From Alphaproteobacteria bacterium (GTDB taxonomy: Bacteria > Pseudomonadota > Alphaproteobacteria > UBA828), in NCBI GenBank assembly GCA_965214705.1, contig OZ243972.1, positions 1,248,001-1,312,000 on the forward strand: a stretch of DNA of 64,000 nucleotides. The letters run 5' to 3'. Below are positions 1 through 11,582 of the stretch, in pieces. A program made the translations under genes and the position numbers. Every line of letters starts with the position of its first letter. Within the stretch, counting starts at the first letter, position 1. The notes below the pieces were generated by a model. The model made no database searches. It was not told where the DNA came from and saw nothing but the letters and a program-made list of their open reading frames with translations.

Positions 1-1153
1 GCTCCGGGTGCCAGCCCTTGCGCCACTCCTCGCCCATCGTCGGGTTCTGGGTGCAGCGGATCGGCGACATCGTGAAGTCGCCCGAGACGCAGATGTTGCA
101 GCCGATGCACTCGCGAATGTCGTCGAGGCGCCCTTCCTCGATCTTCCTGGGCAGGAACGGGTCGGCGATGGAGGGTCGGGCGCAGCCGATGAAATCGGCG
201 ATCCCCTTGTTGACGACCGAGACCATTCGGTCCGGCGAGGTATAGCGCCCGACGACGACGACCGGCTTGGTGGTGAGCGTCTTCACGCCCTGGACGAAGG
301 GCTCCTGCCCGCCTTCGGCGCCGAACCGCGATGTGCGGGAATCGTTGGGCCAGGCCGCAAGCGACAGGTCCCAAAGGTCCGGCAGCTCGGCGACGAGTCC
401 GATCAGCTCCTCCACCTCCGCCTTTTCCAGGCCGTCCGCGCCGAGCAGCTCGTCGACGGCGATCCGGCACGGCACGGCGCAGGTGTCGCCCACGGCTTCC
501 CGCGTATCGGTCAGCAGCTCCTCCAGCAGGCGCACGCGGTTGCGCGCAGACCCGCCGTACTCGTCGCTCCGCCGATTGTGATGGCGGGAGAGGAAGTGGT
601 GCAGGATGGTAAGCGCGTGGCCGGCGTAGACGTAGATGAGGTCGAACCCGGCCTCACGCGCCCGAAGCGCCGCCGCGCGATGCCAGCGGCGGAGGTCGCG
701 GATGTCCTGTTTGTCCATGGCACGGGCCTGTATCGGCTCGTAGCCAGCGGTCGTGACCGGGATAGCCGAGGCCGCCAGGGGCACCTCTCTCGCGTAGTGG
801 TTGGCGGCGTGGGGGCCGTTGTGGGCAAGCTCGATCCCTGCCAGCGCGCCGAACTCGTGGATTCGGTCCGCGGTCCGCGCGAGCGTCGGGATGTCGCGAT
901 CGTCCCAGAGCCGGAGCTCGATGAAGGGGGCGACGTCCGACGTGGGGTGGATTTCCACCTCCTCGGTACAGACCACGGCCCAGCCGCCCTCCGCCTTGAC
1001 CCCGCGCATCCAGGCGAGCGCGGTGGGGTCGCGGTGGCCCATGCCGTTGCAGTGCGGCACCTGGAAGAAGCGGTTCTTCGCGGTCACTGGGCCGATCGCA
1101 ACCGGCTCGAAGAGCACGTCGAAGCGGGGGTCGCGCTGTGCGCCGCTGGTCAT
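1..1153 (-). CDS. NADH:flavin oxidoreductase, trimethylamine/dimethylamine/histamine dehydrogenase family (runs off left edge)
   Basis: Not in the ORF track; read by hand from ATG at 1153: MTSGAQRDPRFDVLFEPVAIGPVTAKNRFFQVPHCNGMG...GGWAVVCTEEVEIHPTSD...IRECIGCNIC. VPHC is the cysteinyl-FMN site and CxxCxxC the 4Fe-4S motif of the TMADH family. Confidence 0.85.
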   Translation of the reverse strand, partial: MTSGAQRDPRFDVLFEPVAIGPVTAKNRFFQVPHCNGMGHRDPTALAWMRGVKAEGGWAVVCTEEVEIHPTSDVAPFIELRLWDDRDIPTLARTADRIHEFGALAGIELAHNGPHAANHYAREVPLAASAIPVTTAGYEPIQARAMDKQDIRDLRRWHRAAALRAREAGFDLIYVYAGHALTILHHFLSRHHNRRSDEYGGSARNRVRLLEELLTDTREAVGDTCAVPCRIAVDELLGADGLEKAEVEELIGLVAELPDLWDLSLAAWPNDSRTSRFGAEGGQEPFVQGVKTLTTKPVVVVGRYTSPDRMVSVVNKGIADFIGCARPSIADPFLPRKIEEGRLDDIRECIGCNICVSGDFTMSPIRCTQNPTMGEEWRKGWHPE

Positions 1154-4100
1154 TCTCAATCTCCGTCAGTCGCCGAGGCGCAGCTTACGCCATCGCGGCC
1201 CGTCGTGAGACGGGAAGACGTAGTTAGCCCCCTGCCTCGGCGAGCAGCGACGCGTTGCCACCGGCCGCCGTGGTGTCGACACAGAGGTGGCGCTCCAGCA
1301 CGTAGCGCTCGGGCGCTGACGCCTCCGCGATCAGCGGCAGGATGAGGCCGGGGCGCCGTGCGAGCGCGGTGCGCATCGCGGCGAGCACGTCGCGATCCGC
1401 GGCGCAGGCGACAGCGGCGATGCCCGACAGGGTAGTGAGTGCCCCTGGCACGACCTGGCCGTCGAGCACGACCACGCACGGATCGATGGCGTGACCGGTG
1501 AGCGCCGCGCTCGCGCCGTCCGCGACCGCCACCACAGCGTTGCCCGCGTCGCGGGCTGCCGCGACCTGCGCGCGGACCGCGTCGGCGCCTGGGCCGAGGC
1601 AGAGCACCACGCCACGGGGCGCGAACGAGAGCCGGTTGGATTCGCCGGTGGGGCCGGGGAGGTCCAGCGGTGCGAAGCGGCCGCCGTCCCCGCGATGCGC
1701 TCTGGCCGCGAGCACACGCCCGGCGTCAGCGATGGCGGCGGCGAGCAACGCCTCGCTGATTACCGCGCCGGAGGGCCGGCCTCCGGCGGGAGCGGCACCG
1801 ACCATGAGGCGTTGTACGTAGTGGGGACCGCCGGCCTTCGGCCCGGTGCCGCTCAGGCCTTCGCCACCGAACGGCTGCGAGCCCACCACCGCGCCGATCT
1901 GGTTGCGATTGACGTAGATGTTGCCCGCGCGCACGCGATCCACGATGTGCTGAACGCGGTCGTCGATGCGGGTGTGCAGGCCGAAGGTGAGGCCGTAGCC
2001 AGCCTCGTTGACGGCGTCGACAACGGCGTCGATCTCGTTGGCGCCGAAGGTCGCGACGTGCAGCACCGGCCCGAAGATTTCCTCTTCGAGCGCCTCGATG
2101 CCGGCGACCCCGAGCACCGTCGGCGGTACGAATGTGCCGTCCCCCGGCGCCGCGAGCCGCTTGAGCAGGCGTCCCTCCTGTTCGGCCTCTGCGCAGTGTG
2201 CCTCGATGCGATCTCGCGCGTCTTGGTCGATCACCGGGCCGATATCGGTGGCAAGGTTCCACGGGTCGCCGAGGCGAAGCGCGTCCATGGCGCCGAACAG
2301 CATCTCCAGAATCCGCGCCTCGACCTCGCGCTGGATGTAGAGGATGCGCAGCGCCGAGCAGCGCTGGCCGGCACTCTGGAAGGCGGAGGCCACGATGTCC
2401 CGCACCGCCTGCTCGGGCAGCGCCGTGGAATCGACAATCATCGCGTTGAGCCCGCCGGTCTCTGCGATCAGCGGTGCATCGGGCGCGAGGTGTTCGGCCA
2501 TTGCCCGGTCAATCAGCCGGGCGGTCTCGGTCGAGCCGGTGAAGCACACGCCATCGAAGCGGGGGTCGGCGACCAGCGTTCCGCCCACCGAGGCGCCATC
2601 GCCCGGCAATAGCTGCAAGGTGTCGCGCGGGATGCGCGCCTCGTGCATCATTGCGACCGCGCGCGCCGCGATCAGCGGGGTCTGCTCGGCCGGCTTGGCG
2701 ACGACCGCGTTGCCCGCCGCGAGTGCTCCGAGAATCTGGCCCGAGAAGATAGCGAGCGGGAAGTTCCAGGGCGAGATGCAGGCGATCACGCCGCGGGGAG
2801 TGCATCGGCGCTCGCGGTGCGAGCTCAGAGCCTCGCCTGCGTAGAAGCGCGCAAAGTCGCAGGCCTCGCGCACCTCCGCCACGCAGTCTGGCAAGGTCTT
2901 GCCGGCCTCGCGGGCAGCGAGCGCGAAGAGTTCAGGTGCGCGCTCCTCGTAGAGATCGGCTACGTGGCAGAGCCGGCTTGCGCGTTCCTCGACGCTTAGC
3001 GTTGCCCACGTCACGGCGCCGTCTCGCGCCGCCTCGAGGGTTATTTCGATGTCGGCCCGCGCCGCTTGAGTGACGTAACCGACGATCTCGTCCGGCCGCG
3101 CTGGGTTCCGTACCGCCGCACGCCCGGCGCCAACGGCGTCGCCGGCGATCATCGGCCCGGCTTCCCAAACCTCGGTACGGAAGGGCTGGCGCGCAGCCTC
3201 GATCGCGTCGACGGTGAGCGGATCGGCGAGGTCCCACCCCTTCGCATTGCGGCGGGCTGGCATGAAGATATCGGGAGGTGCCGCGATGGCCGGGTTTGCG
3301 ACCGCGACTCCGCATTCTTCCACTGCCGCCACGGGATCGCGCGCGATCTCCTCCGCCGTCACGCTCTCGTCCACGATCTGGTTTACGAAGGAACTGTTGG
3401 CGCCGTTCTCCAGCAGACGGCGGACGAGATAAGCGAGCAGGTCGTGATGGGCGCCCACCGGCGCGTAGATACGGCAGCGGAGGCCATGCGCCGCGCGCAT
3501 TGCCGCATGGAGGGCTTCGCCCATGCCGTGCAGGCGCTGGAATTCGAAGTCCGTTCCGCCGCCCGCCATGTGCAGCACCGCCGCCACCGTGTGTGCGTTG
3601 TGGGTGGCGAACTGTGGATAGAGGCGGTCCGTCATTCCGAGCAGCTTGCGCGCGCACGCGAGGTAGGCGACATCGGTGCTCGCCTTGCGGGTGAACACCG
3701 GGAAGCCGGCGAGGCCCTGTATCTGGGCGCGCTTGATCTCCGTGTCCCAGTAGGCGCCCTTGACCAGCCGCACCATGATGCGGCGCCCGTGCAAGCCCGC
3801 GAGCGCGTAGGTCCAGTCGATGACGTGCGCCGCCCGCTTGCCGTAGGCCTGCACCACGACGCCGAAGCCGTCCCACCCTGCGAGCGCCGGGTCAACCAGC
3901 ACCGCCTCGATGACATCGAGCGAGAGGTCGACGCGGTCCGCCTCCTCGGCATCCACGTTGAGGCCGATGCCGGCCGACTTGGCGAGCAGCGCCAGCGCGC
4001 CGAGGCGGGCCGTGACCTCTGTCAGCACCCGGTCACGCTGCGCAAACTCATAGCGCGGGTGGAGCCAGGGCGAATTTGTCCAAGCCTGATTTTTGAGTTC

Positions 4101-4218
4101 TGCGCTACGAGTTGACCTTGGGTCTGGTCAGCGCGCGCCAACCCTGCTATGGATTGAGGCGACTGGATTCGCGGTGTTCTGCTGCGGATCGGCTTCGAGC
4201 AGGGGGACGGTTTCTACG

Positions 4219-5277
4219 GTGGATCTTTCCGAGGTCGATGTCGCTGCTGTCCGGCCGGAGGACGAGGCCCGGTTCCGCGCGCTGATGGAGGGGCATCACT
4301 ACCTGGGTGCGTCTGCGAAGGTGGGGGCGACGGCGTGGTACGTCGCCCATCGGCGCGGCGAGTGGCTGGCGCTGGCCGTGTTTTCGGCTGCGGCGCGCAA
4401 GTGCCGGGCGCGGGACGAGTGGATCGGCTGGGACTTCCGCACGCAGCACGGGCGGCTGCATCTGATCGCGAACAACGCGCGCTTCCTGATCCTGCCGGGA
4501 CGGGGTGTTCCGAACCTCGGCTCGCGGGTGCTGGGGCTTTGCGCGCGGCGCTTGGCGCGCGACTGGCCGGCCCGCTTCGGCCACCCCGTGCTGATGCTGG
4601 AAACATTCGTGGACGCGGCGAGGTTCCGGGGCACGGTCTACCGGGCGGCTGGATGGCTGGCGGTCGGCCAGACCCGCGGCTTCCGGCGCCACCGCTCGGG
4701 CTATGTCGCCGGCTCGACGCCGAAGCTTGTGCTGCTGCGCCCCCTGGTTCCCGACGCCTGCCGCCGGCTGTCCGCTGCCGGGCTGGATCGGGAGTTGTGG
4801 AAGAAAGGAGTTCCGAGAACCATGATCAGCGCCGCTCAGCAAGAGTCGCTCTACGCCTACTTCAAGGACATCGACGACCCCCGCACGCGCAAGGGACGGC
4901 GGCATTCGCTGCCCAGCGTGCTCGCGCTTGCGAGTGGCGCGACGCTCTGCGGCATGCGAGGCTGGAAGGCCATCTCCGAGTGGGTCGACGATCTCGGCGA
5001 GAAGGCGCTGGCCCGCTTCGGCGTGCGGCTGCGCGACGGGGTGCGCCGGCCGCCTTCGATGTCGACCATCCGCAATGTGGTGATCCGGGTGGACCCGGAC
5101 CAGTTGGACGAGGCGTTGCGCAAGTGGCAGGAGGCCCACGGCTCAGGCGACGCGGCGCTTGCCATCGACGGCAAGACCCTGAGGGGGGCCATCGACGAGG
5201 ACGGGACCCAGGCTCATGTCATGAGCGCGGTCGGGCACGAGACCAAGGCCACGCTCGCCCAAAAAAACTTCTCCTGA
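4219..5277 (+). CDS. IS orfA: DUF4338 (DruA-like) domain fused to the ISAs1 transposase N-terminal part
   Basis: HHYLG, RDEWIGW, NNARFLILP and ETFVD...GTVYRAAGW (DUF4338-like), then DPR...HSL and LAIDGKTLRG (ISAs1). A possible internal start exists at ATG 4822 after an AAAGGAG RBS. Confidence 0.8.
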   Translation: MDLSEVDVAAVRPEDEARFRALMEGHHYLGASAKVGATAWYVAHRRGEWLALAVFSAAARKCRARDEWIGWDFRTQHGRLHLIANNARFLILPGRGVPNLGSRVLGLCARRLARDWPARFGHPVLMLETFVDAARFRGTVYRAAGWLAVGQTRGFRRHRSGYVAGSTPKLVLLRPLVPDACRRLSAAGLDRELWKKGVPRTMISAAQQESLYAYFKDIDDPRTRKGRRHSLPSVLALASGATLCGMRGWKAISEWVDDLGEKALARFGVRLRDGVRRPPSMSTIRNVVIRVDPDQLDEALRKWQEAHGSGDAALAIDGKTLRGAIDEDGTQAHVMSAVGHETKATLAQKNFS

Positions 5278-6011
5278 AAGTCGGGGCCGACGAGGAGACA
5301 AAGCGCACCAACGAGATCGGCACCGTGACGGCGCTGGTGGACCTGATCCCGAACATCGCGGGCAAGACGGTCACGACGGACGCGCTGCTAACCCAGCGCA
5401 AGTTCGCCCGCTACCTGCTCGACCGGGGCGCGCACTTCATGTTCATCGTGAAAGGGAACCAGAAGACCATGCGGGACGATGTGACGCTGCTCTTCGAAGA
5501 GGCGCCGGAGCGTGAGCCTGACTTCGAGGAGGAGGCCGCGCTGTCGCACGGACGCATCGAGCAGCGGGCAATCTGGACGAGCACGGAGTTGAACGGCTTT
5601 CTCGACTTCCCGGGCGTCGGCCAGGTCTTCATGATCGAGCGCTCCCGCCAGGACAAGAAGACCGGCGAGACCGGCACCGAGACCGCCTACGGGATCTCCA
5701 GCCACACGCCCGGCACGGCCAACGCGCAGAGCCTGCTCGCCCTCAACCGCGGCCACTGGTGCATCGAGAACAGCTCGCACCACTGCCTCGACTGGACCTG
5801 GGACGAGGACCGCAGCCGCATACGCACAGGCTTCGGCCCCGAGAACATGACCCGCCTGCGGCGCTTCGCCATCGGCCTGATCAAGGGCCGGGGGCTCGAG
5901 GTCGCCTCGACCGTGCGCAGGCTCGCCCGCAACGTCCGCGCCGTCCTCGACTTCCTGAAAATGACCGGGAACACCCAGCCGAGGACCGCAAAGCGCGCCG
6001 CGCCGGCCTGA
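5262..6011 (+). CDS. IS orfB: ISAs1 transposase C-terminal DDE part, in the -1 frame, reached through A_AAA_AAC
   Basis: NEI, TTDALLTQ, VKGNQ, HGRIEQR, RGHWCIENSSHHCLDWTWDEDRSR. Slippery heptamer at 5262-5268 followed by a hairpin at 5271-5297. Confidence 0.85.
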   Translation, partial: KKLLLKVGADEETKRTNEIGTVTALVDLIPNIAGKTVTTDALLTQRKFARYLLDRGAHFMFIVKGNQKTMRDDVTLLFEEAPEREPDFEEEAALSHGRIEQRAIWTSTELNGFLDFPGVGQVFMIERSRQDKKTGETGTETAYGISSHTPGTANAQSLLALNRGHWCIENSSHHCLDWTWDEDRSRIRTGFGPENMTRLRRFAIGLIKGRGLEVASTVRRLARNVRAVLDFLKMTGNTQPRTAKRAAPA

Positions 6012-7022
6012 ACCCCGGCGCCCGGCAAGCCGGGCGCAAAGATCGTACCTGCCTCGCTCCCGACCACGCCGGTGGCGCGATCCATCATGTCGGGGCACCG
6101 CCAAATCGCGACGGCACCGCCCGCACCGCCCACACGGTAATGCCAGAACCCTCTGACCGAACCGGATGCTCGGCCAGACCCCGCCGCAAACCCCGCAACA
6201 AAGCCGATCCGCACAACCCGTGGCCAGAACTCAACTGCCTACCAGCCGCTTGGACAAATTTGCCCTGCGGGTGGAGCGCCGAGAGCTTGACCGAAACCCC
6301 CGGCCGGTCGCGGATGGGTGCGCCCCTGCCGACATCCGCAAGCGCGGTGATAGAATCGGAATAGGCGAGGTGGTAGCGACGCGCGTCCGCCTCGGTGCGG
6401 GCCGCTTCGCCCAGCATGTCGTAGGAGAAGCTGTAGCCCTGCGCCTCCAGCTCGGCGGCACGGGCCATGGCCTCGCCCATGTCGCGCCCGAGCACGAACT
6501 GGTGCCCGAGCTCGCGCATCGCCTGGGCGACCGCCGCGCGGATGACCGGCTCGCCGAGCCGCTTGACCGCGCCGTGCAACGCGCCGGCGAGGCCCTCCTC
6601 CGTATCGCCCAGCACCTTGCCGGTCAGCAGCAACGCCCAGGTGGAAGCGTTGACCAGCGGCGAGCTCGATTGCCCCAGATGCGCCGCCCAGTCCGACGCC
6701 GCGATCTTGTCCTCGATCAGCGCGTCGATGGTCTCGGTGTCCGGCACCCGCAGCAGCGCTTCGGCGAGGCACATGAGCGCCACGCCCTCGCGAGACGAGA
6801 GCCCGTACTCGGCGAGGAAGCCCTGCATGATCGAGGCGCTGCCGCCCGCCCGGACGGTGCGGACCAGATCGGCCGCGCGCGCGGAAATGGCATCGCGGTC
6901 CGCCGGCATGAGGCCCGCGGTTTCCACCATGCAGCGCACCGCCAGGACCTCGTCTTCGAGAGTGGCGGCGCGCATCGCCGCCCGAATGTCGGAGAGACGC
7001 TGTGACTGCCGGCAGGCGCGGC

Positions 7023-7964
7023 TCACCGCCGTTGGCCGCCCGCGCTGATCCCGATGGCGGCGAGGATGACCAGCCCGGTGGTGAGGTCGCGGTAGAAGGG
7101 ATCGGCGTTCAGGATGTTGAAGCCGTTGCTGATCAGCGCCAGCAGGAAGACGCCGCCGAGGCTGCGCCACACCGCGCCGGCCCCGCCGTAGATGCTGGTG
7201 CCGCCCAGGATCACGGCGGCGATGGCCTGCAGCTCCATGCCCTGCCCAGCCGCCGCCTGTCCCAGTGCCACGCGGGAGGTCGCGATGATCGAGGCGAGCC
7301 CCGCCGCAAACCCCGCAATGGCAAAGGTGGCGGTCTTCACGCGGTCCGTCCGGATGCCGGAGAGTACCGCCGCCTCCTCGTTGCCGCCGACGGCGAAGAC
7401 CCGCCGCCCGAAGGCGGTCCGGGTCAGCGCGAAGGTCAGGATGATGGCGAAGACCGCCATGATCCAGACGGCGATGAAGACTCCGCCCGCCTTGTCGCGC
7501 CCGAGCCAGGTGAAGGTGTCCAGGCGGACGGAGATCAGCCGCCCGTCGGAGATGACGATGGCGACACCCTTGAAGATCAGACTCGTGGCGATGGTGGCGA
7601 GGAAGGAATGCACCCGGAGCGCATTGATCACCACGCCGTTCATGGTGCCGAGGATGAGGCCGATGAAGGGCGCCAGGAAGAGACCGAGATAGGGATCCAC
7701 ATGGAGCGCGATCCAGGCCGACATGACCGAGCCCATGGAGAAGATCGCCGCCACCGAGAGGTCGAACCCGCCTGCGATGATCACCAGCGTCATCGCCGAG
7801 GCCATGATCGCGAGCGGCGCGTTCTGGTTGAGTATGTTCAGCAGGTTGCGGGGCGTCAGGAAGTTCTCCGACAGCATGCTGAGCGCGATGACCAGGAACA
7901 CGATCATGATCAGGACCGCGTAGGTCTGCAGGAAGCGACCGATATGGAAGCTTCCGATCATCAC
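7023..7964 (-). CDS. Sugar-type (RbsC-like) ABC transporter permease
   Basis: Multiple TM helices; GGFDLSV, GRRVFAVGGNEEAAVLSGI, ELQAIAAVILGGTS. Confidence 0.92.
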   Translation of the reverse strand: MMIGSFHIGRFLQTYAVLIMIVFLVIALSMLSENFLTPRNLLNILNQNAPLAIMASAMTLVIIAGGFDLSVAAIFSMGSVMSAWIALHVDPYLGLFLAPFIGLILGTMNGVVINALRVHSFLATIATSLIFKGVAIVISDGRLISVRLDTFTWLGRDKAGGVFIAVWIMAVFAIILTFALTRTAFGRRVFAVGGNEEAAVLSGIRTDRVKTATFAIAGFAAGLASIIATSRVALGQAAAGQGMELQAIAAVILGGTSIYGGAGAVWRSLGGVFLLALISNGFNILNADPFYRDLTTGLVILAAIGISAGGQRR

Positions 7965-9475
7965 GCGGCCCCGCGCCGTTGGCTCTGGTGCTGGAAGAGC
8001 AGCGCGAGAAGGTCCGCTTCGCTGGACTCCTCCGGGATCACCTCTTCCACGATGCGGCCGCCATCGGCCAGATAGGCGCGATGGGCGAGACCCAGCACCT
8101 CCTCGATTTCGCTGGAGATGAGCAGGACGGCGGTCCCGCTCGCCGCGAGCTCCGCGATCGCGAAGTGAATTCGCTCACGGGCGCCCACGTCCACGCCGCG
8201 GCTCGGCTCGTCGAGAATCACGATGTCGGGATTCTCCATGAGCCACTTGCCGATCAGGACCTTCTGCTGATTGCCGCCGGAAAAGGTCGCGACGTTGCCG
8301 TTGGGGTCCGCCGGGCGCACACGAAAGTGCTCGATCAGGCTTAGGGCGCGCGAGCGTTCGGAGCGGCGTCGCATGACCCCAAGGTGCGCGAAGCGGCCGA
8401 GATGAGGCAAGGTCATGTTGGGGGAGACGCGCATGGTCAGGATGAGGCCCTGCTTGCGGCGGTCCTCCGGCGACATCACCATGCCCAGCCCGGCAGAGCG
8501 TCGGATGGAGCGTTTGCGGTAGCTCTCGCCGCGGAGCCGGACCTCGCCGCCCGTCGCCGGGTCCGCGCCGACGATGGCACGGGCGATCTCGCTCCTGCCG
8601 CTGCCCACGAGGCCGGTGAGGCCCACGATTTCTCCGCGCCCCACCCAGAGGCTCGCGCCGTTGGCGCCCTGCTCGCTCTCCAGGTCCTCGACTTCCAGCA
8701 CGGGCTCAGGATTTTCGGGGCGGACCTTCGGCGGAAACGGAGTCTCGCTCTTGCCGCCGCCCAGCATCGCCGCCACCAGGCTCGACCGGGTCTCGCCTGC
8801 GGCCGGCGCCGTCTTCACGTGCTTGCCGTCGCGGAGCACGGTGATCCGGTCAGAGACCTCGAGAATGTCGTGAAGAAAGTGCGAGACGTAGATGATCGAG
8901 CGTCCTTCGTCCCGCAGCGCCCGCATCGCCGAGTGAAGCTGTGTCACTTCGTCCCGCGAGAGAGAAGACGTGGGCTCGTCCATCACGATGATCCGCGCCT
9001 CGCGCGCGAGCGCCCGGAGGATTTCGATCTTCTGCTGGTCGGCGATCGGGAGCCGGGACACGATGGCATTGGGGTCGAGCTGAAAGCCGCTCGCTTCCAT
9101 CAGGTCGGAGAGGCGCTCCGCCTCGGTCCGGCGCAGCACGCCCCAGCGCTGGTCCTCCAGGCCGAGGAAGACGTTCTCGGCTACCGTCAGTGCCGGGACG
9201 AGCTGGAGCTCCTGGTGCATGATCGCGACGCCCTTGGAGAGCGCCGAGAGAGGATCCCACGCGCTCGCCCGCTCGCCAAAGACATCGAGCGTGCCCGCGC
9301 TCGCGGCGTAGTAGCCGCCGAACACCTTGCCGAGCGTCGACTTGCCGGCGCCGTTCTCGCCGATCAGCCCGTGGATTTCGCCCGGCAGGATGTCCACCGA
9401 GACGTCGCTGAGAACCCAGACGCCCGCGAAGGCGACGCCGATCCCGTTAGCTCGTAGCGCCGGCTCGTCAGCCAT
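7961..9475 (-). CDS. Sugar-type (RbsA-like) ABC transporter ATP-binding protein, tandem domains
   Basis: GENGAGKST, MDEPT, SGGNQQK, LDEPSRGVDVG. Confidence 0.93.
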   Translation of the reverse strand: MADEPALRANGIGVAFAGVWVLSDVSVDILPGEIHGLIGENGAGKSTLGKVFGGYYAASAGTLDVFGERASAWDPLSALSKGVAIMHQELQLVPALTVAENVFLGLEDQRWGVLRRTEAERLSDLMEASGFQLDPNAIVSRLPIADQQKIEILRALAREARIIVMDEPTSSLSRDEVTQLHSAMRALRDEGRSIIYVSHFLHDILEVSDRITVLRDGKHVKTAPAAGETRSSLVAAMLGGGKSETPFPPKVRPENPEPVLEVEDLESEQGANGASLWVGRGEIVGLTGLVGSGRSEIARAIVGADPATGGEVRLRGESYRKRSIRRSAGLGMVMSPEDRRKQGLILTMRVSPNMTLPHLGRFAHLGVMRRRSERSRALSLIEHFRVRPADPNGNVATFSGGNQQKVLIGKWLMENPDIVILDEPSRGVDVGARERIHFAIAELAASGTAVLLISSEIEEVLGLAHRAYLADGGRIVEEVIPEESSEADLLALLFQHQSQRRGAA

Positions 9476-9483
9476 AACCGTGA

Positions 9484-11205
9484 TCAGACGCGCGGCTGCG
9501 ATCCCTCTTCGTCAACGACGAGGTCCGAGGTGATCCGGACGCCATAGTCCCTCCAGGCTCCTTCAGGAGAAACGTAACCCCGAAGCACGTCGCGCTGCAC
9601 CTCCTCGAACGGGCGCGCCTTGGGAGCGCCGTTGCCGCCGCCGCCGCCCGTCCAGGTCTCGACCACCGTGCCGGCGGCGACCGGCCGCGCCCGCATCTTG
9701 AGCGGCCCTTCGGCCGACCCGTCGGGGTGGGTGATCTCGACCTTCGGGCCCCGTGCGTCTTTGCCGCCGTTCAACCCCCAGGCTGGCGTCAGCGAGCGCT
9801 CGAACCAGAGAGCGCAGTAGCAGTCCTCCAGCGTCTTGTAGCGGCGCAGGACGCCGCAGCCGCCGCGGTGCCGGCCCGGCCCGCCGGAATCGGGGCGGAT
9901 GGCGAACTCCTCGAGGCGGACGGGGAACTTCGTCTCCATCACCTCGGCGGGGATGTTGCGGAAGCTGCCGTTCACCAGGTTGATCAGCGCGCTCTGGCCG
10001 TCGCCGTCGTTGCGGCCGCCCCAGCCGCCGGCGGTTGCCTCGATGGACATCCACTGGCCCCGCTTGCGGTCGACCGAGAAGAAGAGAGACACCATCGAAT
10101 CCCCGTAGTGGGCGGCGGTCGAGCGCTCGGGGATCGCTTCGGAGAGGCAGGAGATGAAGAGGTCCGCGAGCAAGCCCAAGCCGGTGAAGTACCACTCGCA
10201 GGCCGCAGGCTCCTTGGCGTTGAAGAGGCAATCGTCCGGGATGCGGACGGTCATCGTCTCGAACGAGCCGCCGGTGATCGCGCGCTCCGGGTTGATCATC
10301 GTCTTGTAGGCGAGGCGGAGGAGCGACACGGTCTGGCTCGCACCGCAGTTGACCGAGCCGGGGACGATGCCCGAGGAGCCTGCGAGGTCGACGATCAGCT
10401 CCTCACCCTCGACCGTGAGCGTGAGCGCGACCTTCACCGGGTCGTCGCCCGCGCCGTCGCTGTCCAGATAGCCTTCGCGGTACCAGGTGCCGTCCTTGAT
10501 CGCCGCGATCGCCTCGCGGTCCATGCGGCGGGCCTGCTCGAAGATGTTTTCGCAGGCGGCCCGGTAGGTTTCGATGCCGATGCGGTCGAGCAACTGGGAA
10601 AGCCTGCGCTCGCCGGTGCGAACGGCGGCGATCTGGGCGTCCAGGTCGCCGATGCTTGTGTCCGGCATGCGGGTGTTGAGCCGCAGCAGGTCGAACCATT
10701 CGCGGATGGGCTTGCCCTGCGCGACGATGCGGGTCGGCCCGAGACGCAGCCCCTCCTGGTAGATGTTCGTGGAGCCCATGACCGTGCCAGGGTCGATGGC
10801 GCCGATGTCGTTCCAGTGCGCGCGCGCGGCGCCAAAGCCGATCAGCTCGCCGCCGAAGAAGATGGGCCCGACCACCGACACGTCATGCAGGTGCGAGCCC
10901 TGCATGTAGCTGTCGTTCATGATGAAGACATCGCCTGGGGCGATGTCGTCGCCGTAATACTCCATCACGTGGTGGACGTTGGCGTCGATGGCGCCGATGA
11001 AGAGCGGCACGCCGCTGGACTGGCCCAGCATGTTGCCGTCCGCGTCCAGCAGCCCGACGGCGCTGTCCCGGCCTTCGTAGATCACCGCCGAGTGGGCGGA
11101 GCGCCAGAGCGAGGCATTCATGTCCTCCGCGCAAGAGACGACGAAGTTGCGCACGATCTCGGTCGTGACCGGGTCTGCGATGTTGCGCAGCATCGGGTCG
11201 TTCAT
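9484..11205 (-). CDS. Hydantoinase B / oxoprolinase family subunit
   Basis: Start [18 protein letters not shown] at 11205 (ATGA overlap with the upstream gene); [35 protein letters not shown]. Confidence 0.9.
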   Translation of the reverse strand: MNDPMLRNIADPVTTEIVRNFVVSCAEDMNASLWRSAHSAVIYEGRDSAVGLLDADGNMLGQSSGVPLFIGAIDANVHHVMEYYGDDIAPGDVFIMNDSYMQGSHLHDVSVVGPIFFGGELIGFGAARAHWNDIGAIDPGTVMGSTNIYQEGLRLGPTRIVAQGKPIREWFDLLRLNTRMPDTSIGDLDAQIAAVRTGERRLSQLLDRIGIETYRAACENIFEQARRMDREAIAAIKDGTWYREGYLDSDGAGDDPVKVALTLTVEGEELIVDLAGSSGIVPGSVNCGASQTVSLLRLAYKTMINPERAITGGSFETMTVRIPDDCLFNAKEPAACEWYFTGLGLLADLFISCLSEAIPERSTAAHYGDSMVSLFFSVDRKRGQWMSIEATAGGWGGRNDGDGQSALINLVNGSFRNIPAEVMETKFPVRLEEFAIRPDSGGPGRHRGGCGVLRRYKTLEDCYCALWFERSLTPAWGLNGGKDARGPKVEITHPDGSAEGPLKMRARPVAAGTVVETWTGGGGGNGAPKARPFEEVQRDVLRGYVSPEGAWRDYGVRITSDLVVDEEGSQPRV

Positions 11206-11582
11206 GATCCCGCCTCCTTCGTCATGGAGAGGTGGCCGCCCTCGATCACCGTGGCGTTCCAGCCCGGCGGCACCAGCGTCGTCGCCGTCGACTCCTCGAT
11301 GATCGCGGGGCCCGGCACGGCATCGCCGATTTCGAGCCCATTGCGGTCGAGCACCGGCGTCTTCAGCGGCCGGCCGGCGAAGATGACATCCCGCTCGCGC
11401 GTGGGCCGCGCGACCTCGCGCGCGGGCGGCGCGGAAGCCGGTCGCGCCAGCCGGCCGAGCGCGGCCAGGCGGATATTCGCCATCTCGACGCGGTTCTCCG
11501 GGCTGGAATGGCCGTACTGGCGGTCGTATGCCGCATCGAAGCTCTTGCGCACGGCATCCATGTCGATGGTCCCGTTCGGCAC

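Larger units (their letters stand above)
4066..6267 (+). mobile_element. ISAs1-family insertion sequence (2202 bp) with DUF4338 domain
   Basis: Terminal IRs CAGGGCGAATTTGTCCAAGC and GCTTGGACAAATTTGCCCTG (19/20 match). 10-bp target duplication CGGGTGGAGC at 4056-4065 and 6268-6277. CAGGG ends and 10-bp DRs are typical of ISAs1. Confidence 0.93.
1224..7026 (-). pseudogene. putA: Bifunctional proline dehydrogenase/P5C dehydrogenase PutA, interrupted by an ISAs1-type IS
   Basis: N-part (about 7026-6268) has LMCLAEALLRVPD, SYDMLGEAA and SVKLSALHP. C-part (4065-1224) continues with RYE, VRLVKGAYWDTEIK, FEFQRLHGMGE, ETGG and SAGQRCSALR. The IS sits in the LHP|RYE motif. A GTG start at 7026 overlapping the permease stop is inferred. 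Confidence 0.92.

Noticed and set aside
4219-4821. Complete Druantia defence system
   Set aside because: Only DUF4338 domains inside IS elements are present; no DruE helicase or other dru genes are adjacent.
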